Shown: positions 26,433 through 38,110 of the stretch, one piece after another
Layout: every line of letters begins with the position of its first letter
Position numbering within the stretch: the first letter of the stretch is position 1
DNA from: Eledone cirrhosa
Lineage: Eukaryota
Length of the DNA stretch: 64,000 nucleotides
Direction of reading: 5' to 3'
NCBI GenBank assembly: GCA_964016885.1
Contig: OZ024741.1
Location: forward strand, 112,654,001 to 112,718,000
The notes under the pieces: model-generated
Seen by the model: only the letters and a program-made list of their open reading frames with translations
Told to the model about the DNA's origin: nothing
Database searches by the model: none
Position numbers and translations under genes: made by a program

Positions 26433-26617
26433 CCTACTCGTTCCTATTACCCACTCTACTACCCTAAGTATTGATTACTTTGGTGCGTTATGGTCCACCT
26501 GGTTCCTTACCATATTTCCTTCGTTATCTAGCTCCTATTCCCGTAGTAGAGCACTTTCCGACCCTACCACGCCGTATCCAGACTTTTCCGCTAAGCTCAA
26601 GTTCTTTCACCCGCACT

Positions 26618-28782
26618 ATGCGAAAACACAACATCGACTTCTCTACCAAGAACAACCCAGTCCCACCGAAAAAACTTTACCTTCGGATGCTCACGCAAAA
26701 AATCGATCTATTTGCGAAAAGACTTAGATGGAGAACATTTTTCTACGACAGATATTGCGACAATCAGGACTTCGGTACCAAGGAGAGATTCGGATTTATT
26801 ACCTACAAATCTCCCCTCCGAATCCTATGCTCTCACCCTTCGAGAATGACCTTTTCCAACTGGTCAAGAACATTAAATTCAAACCCAGACACAACCGATT
26901 TCTACAAAAACTCCGTAGCAACTTAACAGAGTATGATAACACCAATGACATCATGGTGCACTCGGATAAAACTGGTAACCTCTACTTTGTCAACCCCGAC
27001 AGATACCACACACTGATCAGGAGCAGCCTAAACTCCACCTATAAAAAGGCTAACCACTCATGCATCGAGGACATAAATCGAGATGGACAACAAATTACCT
27101 CCAGCCTCGGGGTCGCCGACCGCACAGAACCCCTAAATCCACGGACACCCTACTTCACACTGAAGGAGCACAAATCCGATTTCGACCGTAAACCTTCTAT
27201 CAGGCTTATAAACCCAACGAAGTCCGACATAGGGAGAATCAGCAAAAAAATCCTAGACCGCGTTATACCAAAAGTTAAGCAACACGCCAGACTTAGCCTA
27301 TGGGTCAACACCCAGGAAGTAATCTCATGGTTCAGCAATATGGAGGAAAAACGAGACACTAAATTCATCCAGTTTGACATAGAGAGTTACTATGCTTCAA
27401 TTACTTTACCGCTACTTACGGCTGCCTTGGACTTCGCCGAAACACTTGTGCCCATCACCGACCAGGAAAGAAACATCATCCTCCCCGCCAGGAAGACAGT
27501 CTTACTCTTCGACAACTCCAAATGGATAAAGAGAGCTCCCGACTCACCCTTCGACGTCAGCATGGGCGCGACGGATTCGGATGAGGTCACAGATCTTATA
27601 GGATTATTCCTAATAGCCAAACTCACCGATATGATTCCTGCATTCGGCAGTGGAATGTACCGTGATGATGCGCTCCTTACCCTTAAAGGCTACAACCCCA
27701 GTAGTACAGATCGGGTCCGTAAACAATTAATCAGCTTCTTCCGCGACTGGGGATTTAAAATAACCCTACAAACGTACCTGACCCGAGTAAACTTCCTGTA
27801 CGTTACCCTTGACCTCGATAATGATCTGTACTACCCATACAGGAAACCTAACGACAACCTGCACTACATCCACCGCCGGTCAAACCATCCTAGCAACATC
27901 ACCAATAACCTGGTTAAAAATATCTCCCTCCGCATATCTCGTTTGTCAGCTAATGAGCAGATATTCGAGGAACACGCGCCTTATTACAACCAGGCCCTCA
28001 AGCGGAGTGGTTTCCGGGAGGAAATATCCTACTGTCCAGCTTCCATTAGCGGAACCAGCAGGCGACACCGCCGCTCACGCAACGTAACAAGTTTTAATCC
28101 TCCCCACAACGCCGAGGTGACAACTCCTATCGGGAAAATCTTCTTTAGTCTCATTGAAAAACACTTCCCACTACAACACCGCTACCACAACATAATTAAC
28201 AAAAATACCATCAAACTCTCCTACAGCACCACACCAAACTTTGCACAAAACATCGTGTCCTCTAACAACAAAAAACTCAACCCCTATGGAAGAAATAACC
28301 TAAATAGCAGTGGAGAGCCGACCAGGAGGTGCAACTGTCCTGATGGATCCATTTTCCCCCTCGACAACAGATGCAGAGATCGTAATGTGATCTACCAGTG
28401 CAACGTGAGGACGGACACCTCCAACAAAGCTTATATAGGATTAACCGCATGTGACTTCAAGACCCGGCTATACCAACACAGATATACCTTCCGAAACCTG
28501 GCCCGGCGTCACGCCACTACACTTTCGGGCCACATATGGGACCTCAAGGATAACAATATTACCTATGATCTCACTTGGAGCTTACTGTCCAGAGCCAACT
28601 CTTACACGGGAGGACGCCGTCCGTGCAATTTATGCTCGGAGGAAACTTTACAAATGCTGTTTTCGACGGACCAACTCCTAAACAAGAAAGATGAACTGGT
28701 AACTGCATGTAAACACAGATTGCGTAGGACTTACCTCGCCCTCAAACCCCATAATGACACGGGCGGGGGGGGGGGGGGGTAG
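26618..28782 (+). pseudogene. PLE RT-GIY-YIG polyprotein with one frameshift near 26810
   Basis: N-term MRKHNIDFSTKNNPVP...KRLRW; DKTGNLY; RLINPTKSDIG; FDIESYY; GMYRDD; CNC..(F)PL..C; VIYQC...YIGLT...RLYQH; CNLC..E; CKH. Confidence 0.88.
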
Positions 28783-29948
28783 ACTAGGGCTATAATACCC
28801 CACTTACCGATTTTGTAATGGGTAACCCCTGCTTGCAAAGGTAGACCTAAGATCTTCTTTTATTTCTTTTTATCACTTCCTCTATATTTCCTCCTTCCCC
28901 CCATCCCTCCCTAGTCCTTCCACCCCAGTCCTCTTTCTTTGTCGTCGTCCTTTTACTTTCTCGCCCACCCGAGGCAGCCCCTCGGTCCTTTGTAGCCTCA
29001 GTAACCCCCTCCCCCCTTCCCCTATTCTATGATAGATTTGGCCGATGCCGTTTTTTATAGCAGATGTGTTAGACCCCGGATACTTGCCTTCTTATCCGGT
29101 GGCTGCCCCTTTTCCGTGCTTTCTATATTTCTTAGTGGTATCTTTGCTTTAATTTCTCGTATATCAGTATATTTTTTTTTTGGGGGGGGGGGGGGGGGGT
29201 GTTCTGAATTAATTTTCCGTATCAAATTTTACATATACTTCGTACGAGCATTTATGTAGTTTGCACTAGAATTTTTGTATCGTGGCGGCACCCTTAGAGA
29301 CAGTATTAGTTTTCTTTTTCGGGATTCTGAATTATTATTTCGTATTAGTTTATTTATTTTTTTTGCACTGAGTGGTTGCTGGCCTTGTGCCTGGGGTAGA
29401 AACCTTTATTTCGTACTGGTCTCGGGACTCTGAATTATTATTTCGTGGTAGTTTCTTTAGTATTTTGGCCCCCCCACTTGTTGACCCGTCACCGTAAGAT
29501 ATATTCGGTTGTTTACTTATACCTCTTAAAAGGGTCTCATTATAATTCCGTCCCACCTAGTAAACCTTTCTTTAGTCTAGCAGTACCAGTGAGAGACTTG
29601 ATAGCTGTCTTTAGGTTATAGTAACCAGAAATTGCTTTTTTGTTTGTTTTTTTACATTTAATTGTTTTTTATCACTCCCGGTATTTCTCTATATATTTAC
29701 CCCATATTGTTTTACTTATCGTTTCGACTTCCTCCCCCCCCCCAATATCTTCTTTGACCTCATGCCCAGCTGTAGTTGGCACTATCAACGCACCACGACT
29801 GGGTTTCCTCCACCCCCTCTCCCTCTTTCTTCTACTTGCAGGTTCAACTACCCCTTCCCTCGACAAATTGCCATGATAGAATTATTATGTCTCAACAACA
29901 AACTTTTGACCAATCCTTGTGACAATCACTTTTACCATATATGGAATT

Positions 29949-30044
29949 ACCCCCTGAGAAGCTCGGCTATTCAAATATAAAAAATATAAATTTTTATTTA
30001 GTCTAGAATAGCCGTCGAAACGGCTTGAGCTCAGCCGTCGGGGT
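29949..30044 (+). ncRNA. Type I hammerhead ribozyme-like motif in the 3' pLTR
   Basis: Same fold as 26336-26432 with perfect cggctattc/gaatagccg; GUC site at 30039. Confidence 0.7.
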
Positions 30045-30054
30045 CCTACTCGTT

Positions 30055-30151
<97 letters not shown>

Positions 30152-30156
30152 GTATA

Positions 30157-30500
30157 GGAGGCACATGGCATAGTGGTTTAGAGCATTGGCCTTGTAATCA
30201 AAAGGTTGTGAGTTAAATTCTCAGACCGGGTGATGTGTTGTTTCCTTGAGCAAGACACTTTATTTCACATTGCTCCAGGTTACTCAGCTGTAGAAATGAG
30301 ATGATAGGGACTGGGGTCCATAATATTCTTCTGCAAAGAGGTCGTGGAGGTGCCACGGCAAAAAAGCACCCAGCACTCACTGTAAATGAGGTTGGTATTA
30401 GGAAGGGCATCCAACTGTAGTAATCAAGCCAGAATCAGTTCCCGTCCCACCCTTGCAAGCAGGAAAAAGCGGACGTAAAATGATGATAATAATAATAATA
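30157..30500 (+). mobile_element. tRNA-derived SINE family B with RTE-derived 3' tail
   Basis: A box TGGCATAGTGG, B box-like GAGTTAAATTC, core ccttgagcaagacacttta; 3' part matches the RTE type B UTR; (GAT/AAT) tail. Confidence 0.85.
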
Positions 30501-30506
30501 TATGTG

Positions 30507-30542
<36 letters not shown>

Positions 30543-30661
30543 TATATTAATAAAAGGAATTCCAGCTTTGTCTGATTTACTCGTTTTATTTACAATCCTT
30601 TAAAATTATAATGATATTATAATGAAATACTATGGTAGAATATTAAATGTTAAGTGTTAAT

Positions 30662-30700
30662 TGAACAAGTACTTTCATGCTTTCGCAATCTTCAGGTTCA
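30662..30700 (-). ncRNA. Minimal type I hammerhead ribozyme
   Basis: tgaac-CTGAAGA-t-tgc-gaaa-gca-t-GAAAGTACTT-gttca: stem I 5 bp, GNRA-capped stem II, palindromic stem III (AAGTACTT). Confidence 0.8.
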
Positions 30701-30761
30701 TATTCAGTGGTGATAGTCAAGTTTGCAGTTTTCAACTGTAATGAGATGGGTAAATTCTGTG

Positions 30762-30870
30762 CCTTATATACAGTAAAAAGGGGCTACAGAATGCTAAGTT
30801 TTGCAAACTGTATTTCGACCAATCGGTGTGAAGTTTCACTAAATTACTAAAGCTGATTGGTTTAGGCGTC
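30762..30870 (-). promoter_or_regulatory. Putative pLTR Pol II promoter (CCAAT boxes + TATA)
   Basis: Minus strand aaccaatc (about 30856-30863), an inverted CCAAT (30819-30823), and tatataag about 65 nt upstream of the HHR. Confidence 0.4.
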
Positions 30871-32863
30871 ACGGTTGGATGAGCATGTCTAACAACTTCT
30901 ATTTGATCCTATCCAAAGCATCAATTGTTTTGCTATTTTTAGAAATGATGAAAATAGCATTTTGTAGGGTTTTTATAAAAAATCTTCAGCAATCATCACC
31001 ATCAACATCACTTTTATTATTATTGTTGTTGTTGTTGTTGTTAGTGGTGGTAGTCGACATGGTCGTAGGCGTAGTCATAGTAGGAGTAATACCCCTAAGC
31101 ATTATTATTGTTCATTTAGCTTGGGTTGGAATTTATCAATAAAATTCTTTTCTTTAATTTTTCTCTTGATTTCACTTGGACTGTGTAATTTGTAGATTGG
31201 AAATATTATAAATATTTTCTGACCACATGTTGCTAGATGGTTACTCAGGGGTATCTGACGGACATTTGGGTCTCTGATTTGCTGTCGGTGCACCCATGCA
31301 CGTTCTGATAGTGCATTTGCAGTTTGACCGACATATAGTTCTTCACAATTCGGGCATTTAATGCAGTAAATTAGATTTCTGCTTTTGCAGTTCATATTTT
31401 TCCAGTTTTTGTGTTCATATATTGACCAGTGTGTATGGATTGATATGTGCCACATCGACTATCATTGCATTTAGATACAGTGAATGATTGGTCTTTGTTG
31501 TTAAGGTCGAACTTTGCCTTTGTTAGTAATTGCTTCAAATTTTTCGGCTGTCTTTTACTAAGAGTCAAAGATCGGTCTGTGATTAAACCTTTTAATTCAT
31601 TACTTGAGCAATGATCGGTAGGTTTGCTTTGACAGTGTTGAAGATATTCTGGTGACATGGGTTGTGTGTCATTATAAATGGTATGACCAGTTCTTGGTTT
31701 CTTCTTCCTTGGGTTGTCCTAAGTTGTTGTATAGGTATTTTTATAGCCCGCTGTATGCCATTTTCTATAAGTAGAGATGGGTATTTTTGTTTGAGCAAAA
31801 ATTCTCTCAGTTCTGTTAGGCATTTGTTCCTGGTATTCGTATCTCCTACAATGGTACAAATTCTTCTGGCTAGGCAGTATAGGATGTTGAGTTTTGTATG
31901 AGGTGGATGGCACGACTTAAAATTCAGATATTGATGGGTGTCTGTGTGTTTATAGTATATATCCGTGGTAATGGTGGTGTCGTTTTTGATTACCATTATA
32001 TCAAGGAATGGTAATTTGGTACTACTCATATCTTTTGTGAATTGGAGAGATGGGTGTAGGTTATTCAGGAGGATATTGAACTAATCCAGAGTATCTAGAG
32101 ATTCTGTCCAGATGATGAAACAGTCGTCAAGGTATCTCTTCCAAGACTTTTCAATGTACTTTCTAAATTCAGTGCTATATTTTTCCTCTATTTCTAAGTA
32201 TCCCATTACAGAGTTCGCGTAAACGGGAGCAAACTTCGTTCCCATCGCTGTGCTTCTAATTTGGATGTAATTCTTTCCATTGAAGAAGAAAGTGTTGTTT
32301 TCCAGAATATCTAATATAAATGGTGCTGTGAATCTGGTGGGAATCACTTCTCTATGTTTTTACACCCAGTATTTAACTGCCTTTATTCCTAAATCATGCG
32401 TAATGTTGGTGTAAAGGCTTACCACATCAAAACTAAGTAGAAGTGAATTCGTTTCCGTGGTTTTGGGAAGATGGGAGAGGAAGTCGATATCATCCCGGAT
32501 GAAACTGGGTATGTGAATACATAGTGGTTTCAAAATAATGTCAACAAAATTGGTTAGACGGTGGATAGGGCATGTTGGACCAGCTATGATAGGTCTAAGT
32601 TTTAAGTCTTTTGGGTGTAGTAATTTATTGTACTCACTTTTTGTTCTTTTACTGCCAGTTGGATTTTTTTTTACTTATGAACTTTTGGTAGACCATACAG
32701 GTTGCTGGGTTTTGGCTCAAAATTGGTGATGTAATCTCTTTCCTTATCAGTAAGTGAGTTTTAGTATTTTGAAGCCAGGTTGTTGATCTTCTTCATGATG
32801 TTGTGGTCTATATTTGACGGTATTTCATGATAGAATGTTGTGTCTTATAATGTATATATATGT

Positions 32864-33482
32864 ATGTGTAATAGTAATATACGTGAATGGCAAAGCATAA
32901 ATAAACTAAGTGAGAAATTAGGAATAAGGGGATCAGATGCTGTTTACTCAAGAGAAGACTACGTTGGTATGGTCACGTGATGTGCATAAAAGACGACAGC
33001 TGTATAAAAAAATGCAGGGCAAACAAAATTGATGGGAGATACGGAGTAGGCAGACCCAGAAAAACCTGGGACGATTTGATAAATTCCGACCTTACACGCT
33101 TACACCTCTCCAAGACAATGTCACTGGACCGAGATGTTTGGCGCTACGCAGTCAGTCTGTAGACACCTCTTAACCAAATATACCCCCCCCCCCCATCCCA
33201 CTACCTCAACTCCCACCCCCATCAACACCATCCCTTTCTCTGTAAAATTATGTTGGTACCGCAACATCCAGTCCTAAATAAATAAGTTTGTGTAGGTGTC
33301 ACGACAAAAAAACACACAGTCCACGCTGTAATGTGGCCGTGTAGGTAACACGGTAAAAACCTCCCAGTCCACACTGTAAACGTGGTTGGTGTTAGCAAGA
33401 GTAATCTTGCCTCGAGTGGTACAATTCCCGTCTAAACCCATACTAGTGTGGAAGATAGACGTTAAACGATGATGATGACGAT
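32864..33482 (+). mobile_element. RTE LINE 3' fragment (UTR type A)
   Basis: Highly similar to 9898-10600; GRPRKTWDD; GAT tail. Confidence 0.9.
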
Positions 33483-33662
33483 CATGTATATATAAAATAA
33501 AAATTTCGCTCTACATGGCTGAATACAATAAATGTAATCTGAGTTTTTCGAATATTAATAATAACATTAGATTCGTTTGCAATTATGCAAACAAGCCTAA
33601 TTTTTAAAGCCATGTCAGGAGAATGAACCCCTCGTTCTTGCTCTTTTGTTGGCACGTAAACA

Positions 33663-33712
33663 GAACTGCAGACACTAATGTTTCTGGGTAGCACTTTTCA
33701 TCAGTACAGCTC
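33663..33712 (-). ncRNA. Type I hammerhead ribozyme-like motif
   Basis: gagctgta-CTGATGA-aaagtgctaccca-GAAAC-attagt-GTC-tgcagttc; 8-bp stem I, near-palindromic stem III; stem II weak. Confidence 0.6.
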
Positions 33713-33877
33713 ACTGTTCACCCGCAAACTGTCAGAGCTAGTGAAAATATATGCTATTTTTTAAAATATGAGCGATAAATGGCCGGCCTTGCCACATTCA
33801 AATAAAAAAATAAAAAATTAAAAAAATGTTCGCTCTACATGGCTGAATACAATAAATGTAATAAAGGCTAAAACTTT

Positions 33878-34030
33878 GTTTCAGAAGGTCCCGTTAAGGG
33901 TGAAAGCTGCGATTCTTTGCTTAAACTTTAATCTGTTATTTTAATAAATATCTGATTTAGGGTTCTTATATATTTGATATATATTTATCCTTATCGAGCC
34001 CTTTTTGAATTTTAGTCTTCGCATTTATTA
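33878..34030 (+). repeat. Second copy of the HHR-like pLTR at 23003-23150
   Basis: gtttcagaaggtcccgttaagggtgaaagc...ttatccttatcgagccc nearly identical to 23003-23150. Confidence 0.88.
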
Positions 34031-34265
34031 TTATTACTATATATATATATATATATATATATGATATTTATGTATGCCACGAAAAAAACCTACTAGTACA
34101 TGATGTAATGTGTTTGGTATTAGGAATGGCTTCCAACCATAGAAACCAAGCCAGAAACAAATTCATATGGGTATGTGGTCACATGATCTGCCTAGCTTCA
34201 TAACATGACAACTTGTCTAAACCAGGGAAGCATGAGCAATAGTTGGTAAACAGTGATGATGAGGA

Positions 34266-34500
34266 TATATTATCATCATCATTTTATGTCAACCTTTCCA
34301 TGCTAGCATGGGCTGGACAAAACCTTTTGCGGCAATGTTTTAAAGCTGGATGCCCTCTTTGACACCTTTTCAGTTGCTTATTAGAACATGTAGGGATATG
34401 GTGTACTTATTCTAAACATGATATAGACATTGCCTCAAAATGTTTTGTCTAACCCATGCTAGAATGGAAAGGTTGACCTAAAAATGATGATAATAATATA
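34266..34500. repeat. Inverted repeat built from two RTE 3' tails
   Basis: About 75-bp arms atcatcatc...ccatgctagcatggg...ggcaatgt and acattgcc...cccatgctagaatgg...atgatgat. Confidence 0.75.
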
Positions 34501-35440
34501 CATACATACATTTGTCACTGCCTCAAATAATTCGATTGGTATCTGCTACAACTTCGATTTATGCCTATTAAACCCACACTGTCCATGTCTTTTTTTGTAT
34601 TCTCCCCTATATGTAGGCCTTAGTTTGCAGTGACATGAAGTATTTGGTGTAAATAAAATATTCACTCAGTAATAGCTGATGATGTTATTTGAGAATTGCA
34701 AATAATTAATGATATATTTCCTTTGTTATCTTCCTTTTCTAAACAAGAAGCTAATTTCAATTTACTGAGGCTTTTCTGTATATGCAGTTGAGTTCATCGA
34801 CATCTGCCTGATCTATTTATCTATCTTTCTTTCTATATATATATATTACACCCCCACACAAACCTATGTTACATCGTATTTACTTGTAAGTAGTAAAGTA
34901 GTTATTCAACATCCTTGAACATCTCATAAATCTGAAAGATGCAGAATAAAAATGAATAAAAATGAATAAGATATATTGAAAACCAATATCTGTTCTTATC
35001 CGCAGGACTTCAGAATTTTATCTAATAAAACACGATCAGGGTAACTTCGAACATCTTTTTCAATCTGTTCTCTCAAATGTAACATTGCAAAATTGTTGTC
35101 CACTGATATATCACTTGGCAATTTCTCCCTAGTTATTTTGTTGAATAGACAGTTGGGCTGTCTCTTCTAACAGACATTTCCTTCATTATTTGTATTTATT
35201 TATCAGAAATATAAATGTTTCACAGAAATTTTTCTTTCCACTTACTTATGTTTTGTAGAAATAGTTAGTGATCAAATACATATGAAGAAAATGTTTCAGA
35301 TGTATAGCAAATGAATCCTTGCTATGTTGATGTAATATTTCAATTCAATTACCTGATGTTTGAGAAAAAATTAATAAAGTGTGATATTTTCATGTGTGTA
35401 TATGAGTGTATGTTTATATATATATATATATATATATATA

Positions 35441-35772
35441 TTCATTCCATTTTATGTCCGCTTTTTCCCTGCTTGCAAGGGTGGGACGGGAACTGATTCT
35501 GGCTCGATTTCTACAGCTGGATGCCCTTCCTAACACTAACCTCATTTACAGTGAATGCTGGGTGCTTTTTTGCCATGGCACCTCCACGACCACTTTGCAA
35601 TGGAATGATAGGGACCCAGTCCCTATCATCTCATTTCTACAGCTGAGTAAACTGGAGCAATGTGAAATAAAGTGTCTTGCTCAAGGAAACAACACATCAA
35701 CCGCTCTGTGAATTGAACTCACAACCTTTCGATTGCAAGGCCAATGCTCTAACCACTAAGCCATATGCCTCC
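35441..35772 (-). mobile_element. SINE family B copy
   Basis: Reverse complement of 30157-30500. Confidence 0.88.
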
Positions 35773-35778
35773 ATTATA

Positions 35779-35824
<46 letters not shown>

Positions 35825-35879
35825 CCCCCCCACACACACACATACATACATACATACATACATACATACATACATACAT

Positions 35880-35938
<59 letters not shown>

Positions 35939-35977
35939 GATATTAATAAATGGAAACTATATTTATAAAACCATATT

Positions 35978-36042
35978 TATTTCATTATACATATTTCAGG
36001 GATACCACATTAAATTATGTTATGCCTTCATCAGACAAAATA
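35978..36042 (-). ncRNA. Minimal type I hammerhead in a solo pLTR fragment (about 35938-36107)
   Basis: tattttgt-CTGATGA-agg...cct-GAAATATGTATA-atgaaata; AUA site; flanked by (TA)n. Confidence 0.7.
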
Positions 36043-36127
36043 CAATATATAACAGTTTTACAAATAGCTTTGACGTACCCTTTTAAAATACAACCATTAC
36101 TTTGGAATATATATATATATATATATA

Positions 36128-36671
36128 TATAAAAAGTGCAGGGCGATAAAAATAGATGGTAGCCACAGAATAGGCAGACCCAGAAAAACCTGGGACGACT
36201 TGATAAATTCCGACCTCACACACTTACACCTCTCCAAGACAATGTCACTGGACCGAGATCTTTGGCGCTACACAGTAATACAGAAGGCCCGCCGTGCCTA
36301 AGTACAAAGCGAAACCTACAGTCAGTTGGCACCTCTTAACAAAAATACCCCCCCGTCCCACTACCCCCACCCCATCCAAAGTTATGTTGGTACCACAACA
36401 TCCAGTCCAAAATAAATGAGATCGTGTAGGTGTCACAACAAAAAAACACACAGTCCACGCTGTAATGTGGCCGTGCAGGTAACACGGTAAAAACCTCCCA
36501 GTCCACACTGTAAACGTGGTTGATGTTAGGAAGGGCATCCAGCCATAGAAAACCTGCCGGACAGTCCTATATGACCAAGACAACCAATCTTGCCTCAAGT
36601 GGGAAAATTCCCGTCCAAACCCATGCAAGCGTGGAAGATGGACGTTAAACAATGATGATGATGATGATGAT
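36128..36671 (+). mobile_element. RTE LINE 3' fragment (UTR type A)
   Basis: Highly similar to 10040-10609. Confidence 0.92.
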
Positions 36672-37379
36672 ATATATATGCATATGTATATCCACAAAAA
36701 AACATGATTGGATGGCCGTTGATTCTCCTGATTCCTCCGCCCTTTTTTGTGGAGCGAGAGACTCCTAGTCGTCATTAAAACATCTCTCTAGGAAAAGGTC
36801 ACTCTGATGTAAGACCTGCGACTTCATTTGCATCCAATGATGTAGACCAGTTCTACTTTGGGTAAATGAATTCAATATTCAGAGAGTGGGATTGACTCCA
36901 TGCAAAGCCTTTCCTCACTTTAAAAAAGCTTCAAGCACAGGCATTGCTTGATATGTGACATTTTTTGCGATGCATGGTATTTATAGCCATATACAACTCC
37001 CTAGCAGGACTCAAAAGTCACGTCTCTCATATTCATCCTTAAGTATCATGCAATGGCATTACTCGAAATTGAGTTGCAGCCATCATCATTTATGTATTTA
37101 TGTATATATATATATATGCTTGTACATATATGTACGTGTATATGTATGTATATATATGCATATACATGTTTATATATATATATATGTTAGTGTGTATATA
37201 TATATATATGTATCATCATCATCAATTAATGTTTATCTTCCATGCTAGCATGGTTTGACAGTATATATATATATATACATATATTTATATATATATATGA
37301 TGTATATATATATGCATGTATATATGTATATTTGATTGTATAGTGTATATACATATGTATATATGTACATGGCTCCTTT

Positions 37380-38110
37380 TCAGCACAACATCACTCCACT
37401 TGTTAATTTGAGATCAGCTGTAGTCACTACCACCCAGGTTTTACTCCGTCTCCCTCTACTCTGGCTTCCTTCCTCTGGGGTTTCTTGGCACTTCTTTTAC
37501 CAACTGATCATCATCCATATGCATCATATAACCATAGCAATGCACACTACCTTTGCTTTCTCTTATACACATTTTCTTTCAAAGTTCTTCCATTGTTTAT
37601 CATTCCTGCATATTACCATTGCACACCCATCAAATCATGCTCACTTCATTTCCCTCCAGCCTTTGCACATAAATCCTCTGCAGCCACTGTCCATCTCTTA
37701 CTACTATGCAGCATCATACAGCTAACCTTTTGTTTATAGGGAGAAACTTTTATTTATTGACAGGGATAGTCACTCTCTAAACTTTTCTATCTTATACTTA
37801 TTCTAGCTACTATACTCCTCCACTGCAAGTTAGGTCATCTATATAGCAGAAGCTATCAGCCACTTCCATGGAGCCTAACTGGGATTGAAACACGTATATC
37901 ACTGATACTCTTGCTATCAACTTTCCTGGAACATCAGTTACAAAGTCTTCCTTTCCTGATAGTCTGCTTGCTATCCTGCAGACTATCAGGAAAGTAAATC
38001 TTGTGTTCCCAAGATTTGCATTGTGTACATAGAATTACTACCTACTTCTTTTCTGCATATTGAGGAAGGTCATTTCCCTGATGGTATCATGCATTTGTCT
38101 TCTTTCCTAC
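37380..38110 (-). mobile_element. Degenerate RTE fragment (PHD region to RT C-terminus)
   Basis: Reverse complement shows GK*..SICRK, gtagctagaataagtataagatagaaaaagtttagagag and other matches to the 9410-10150 region. Confidence 0.65.

Larger units (their letters stand above)
26206..30059 (+). mobile_element. Near full-length Naiad-type Penelope-like element with direct pLTRs and 5' inverted pLTR piece
   Basis: Direct repeats 26264-26447 and 29877-30059; 26206-26266 is the reverse complement of about 26464-26523; RT + GIY-YIG ORF between; (TA)n on both sides. Confidence 0.92.
30548..32850 (-). mobile_element. Neptune-like Penelope element, 5'-truncated, inactive
   Basis: RPIIAG, SFDVVSLYTNI, AMGTKFAPVYAN, WKRYLDDCF, YYKHTDTHQYL..SCHP, NLIYCIKC..C..LYVGQT, PKLN; stops and frameshifts; pLTR with HHR downstream. 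Confidence 0.9.

Noticed and set aside
26728-28782. Selenoprotein-type Naiad (in-frame UGA)
   Set aside because: Some Naiads are reported to encode Sec, but this frame has no in-frame TGA and I could not identify a SECIS
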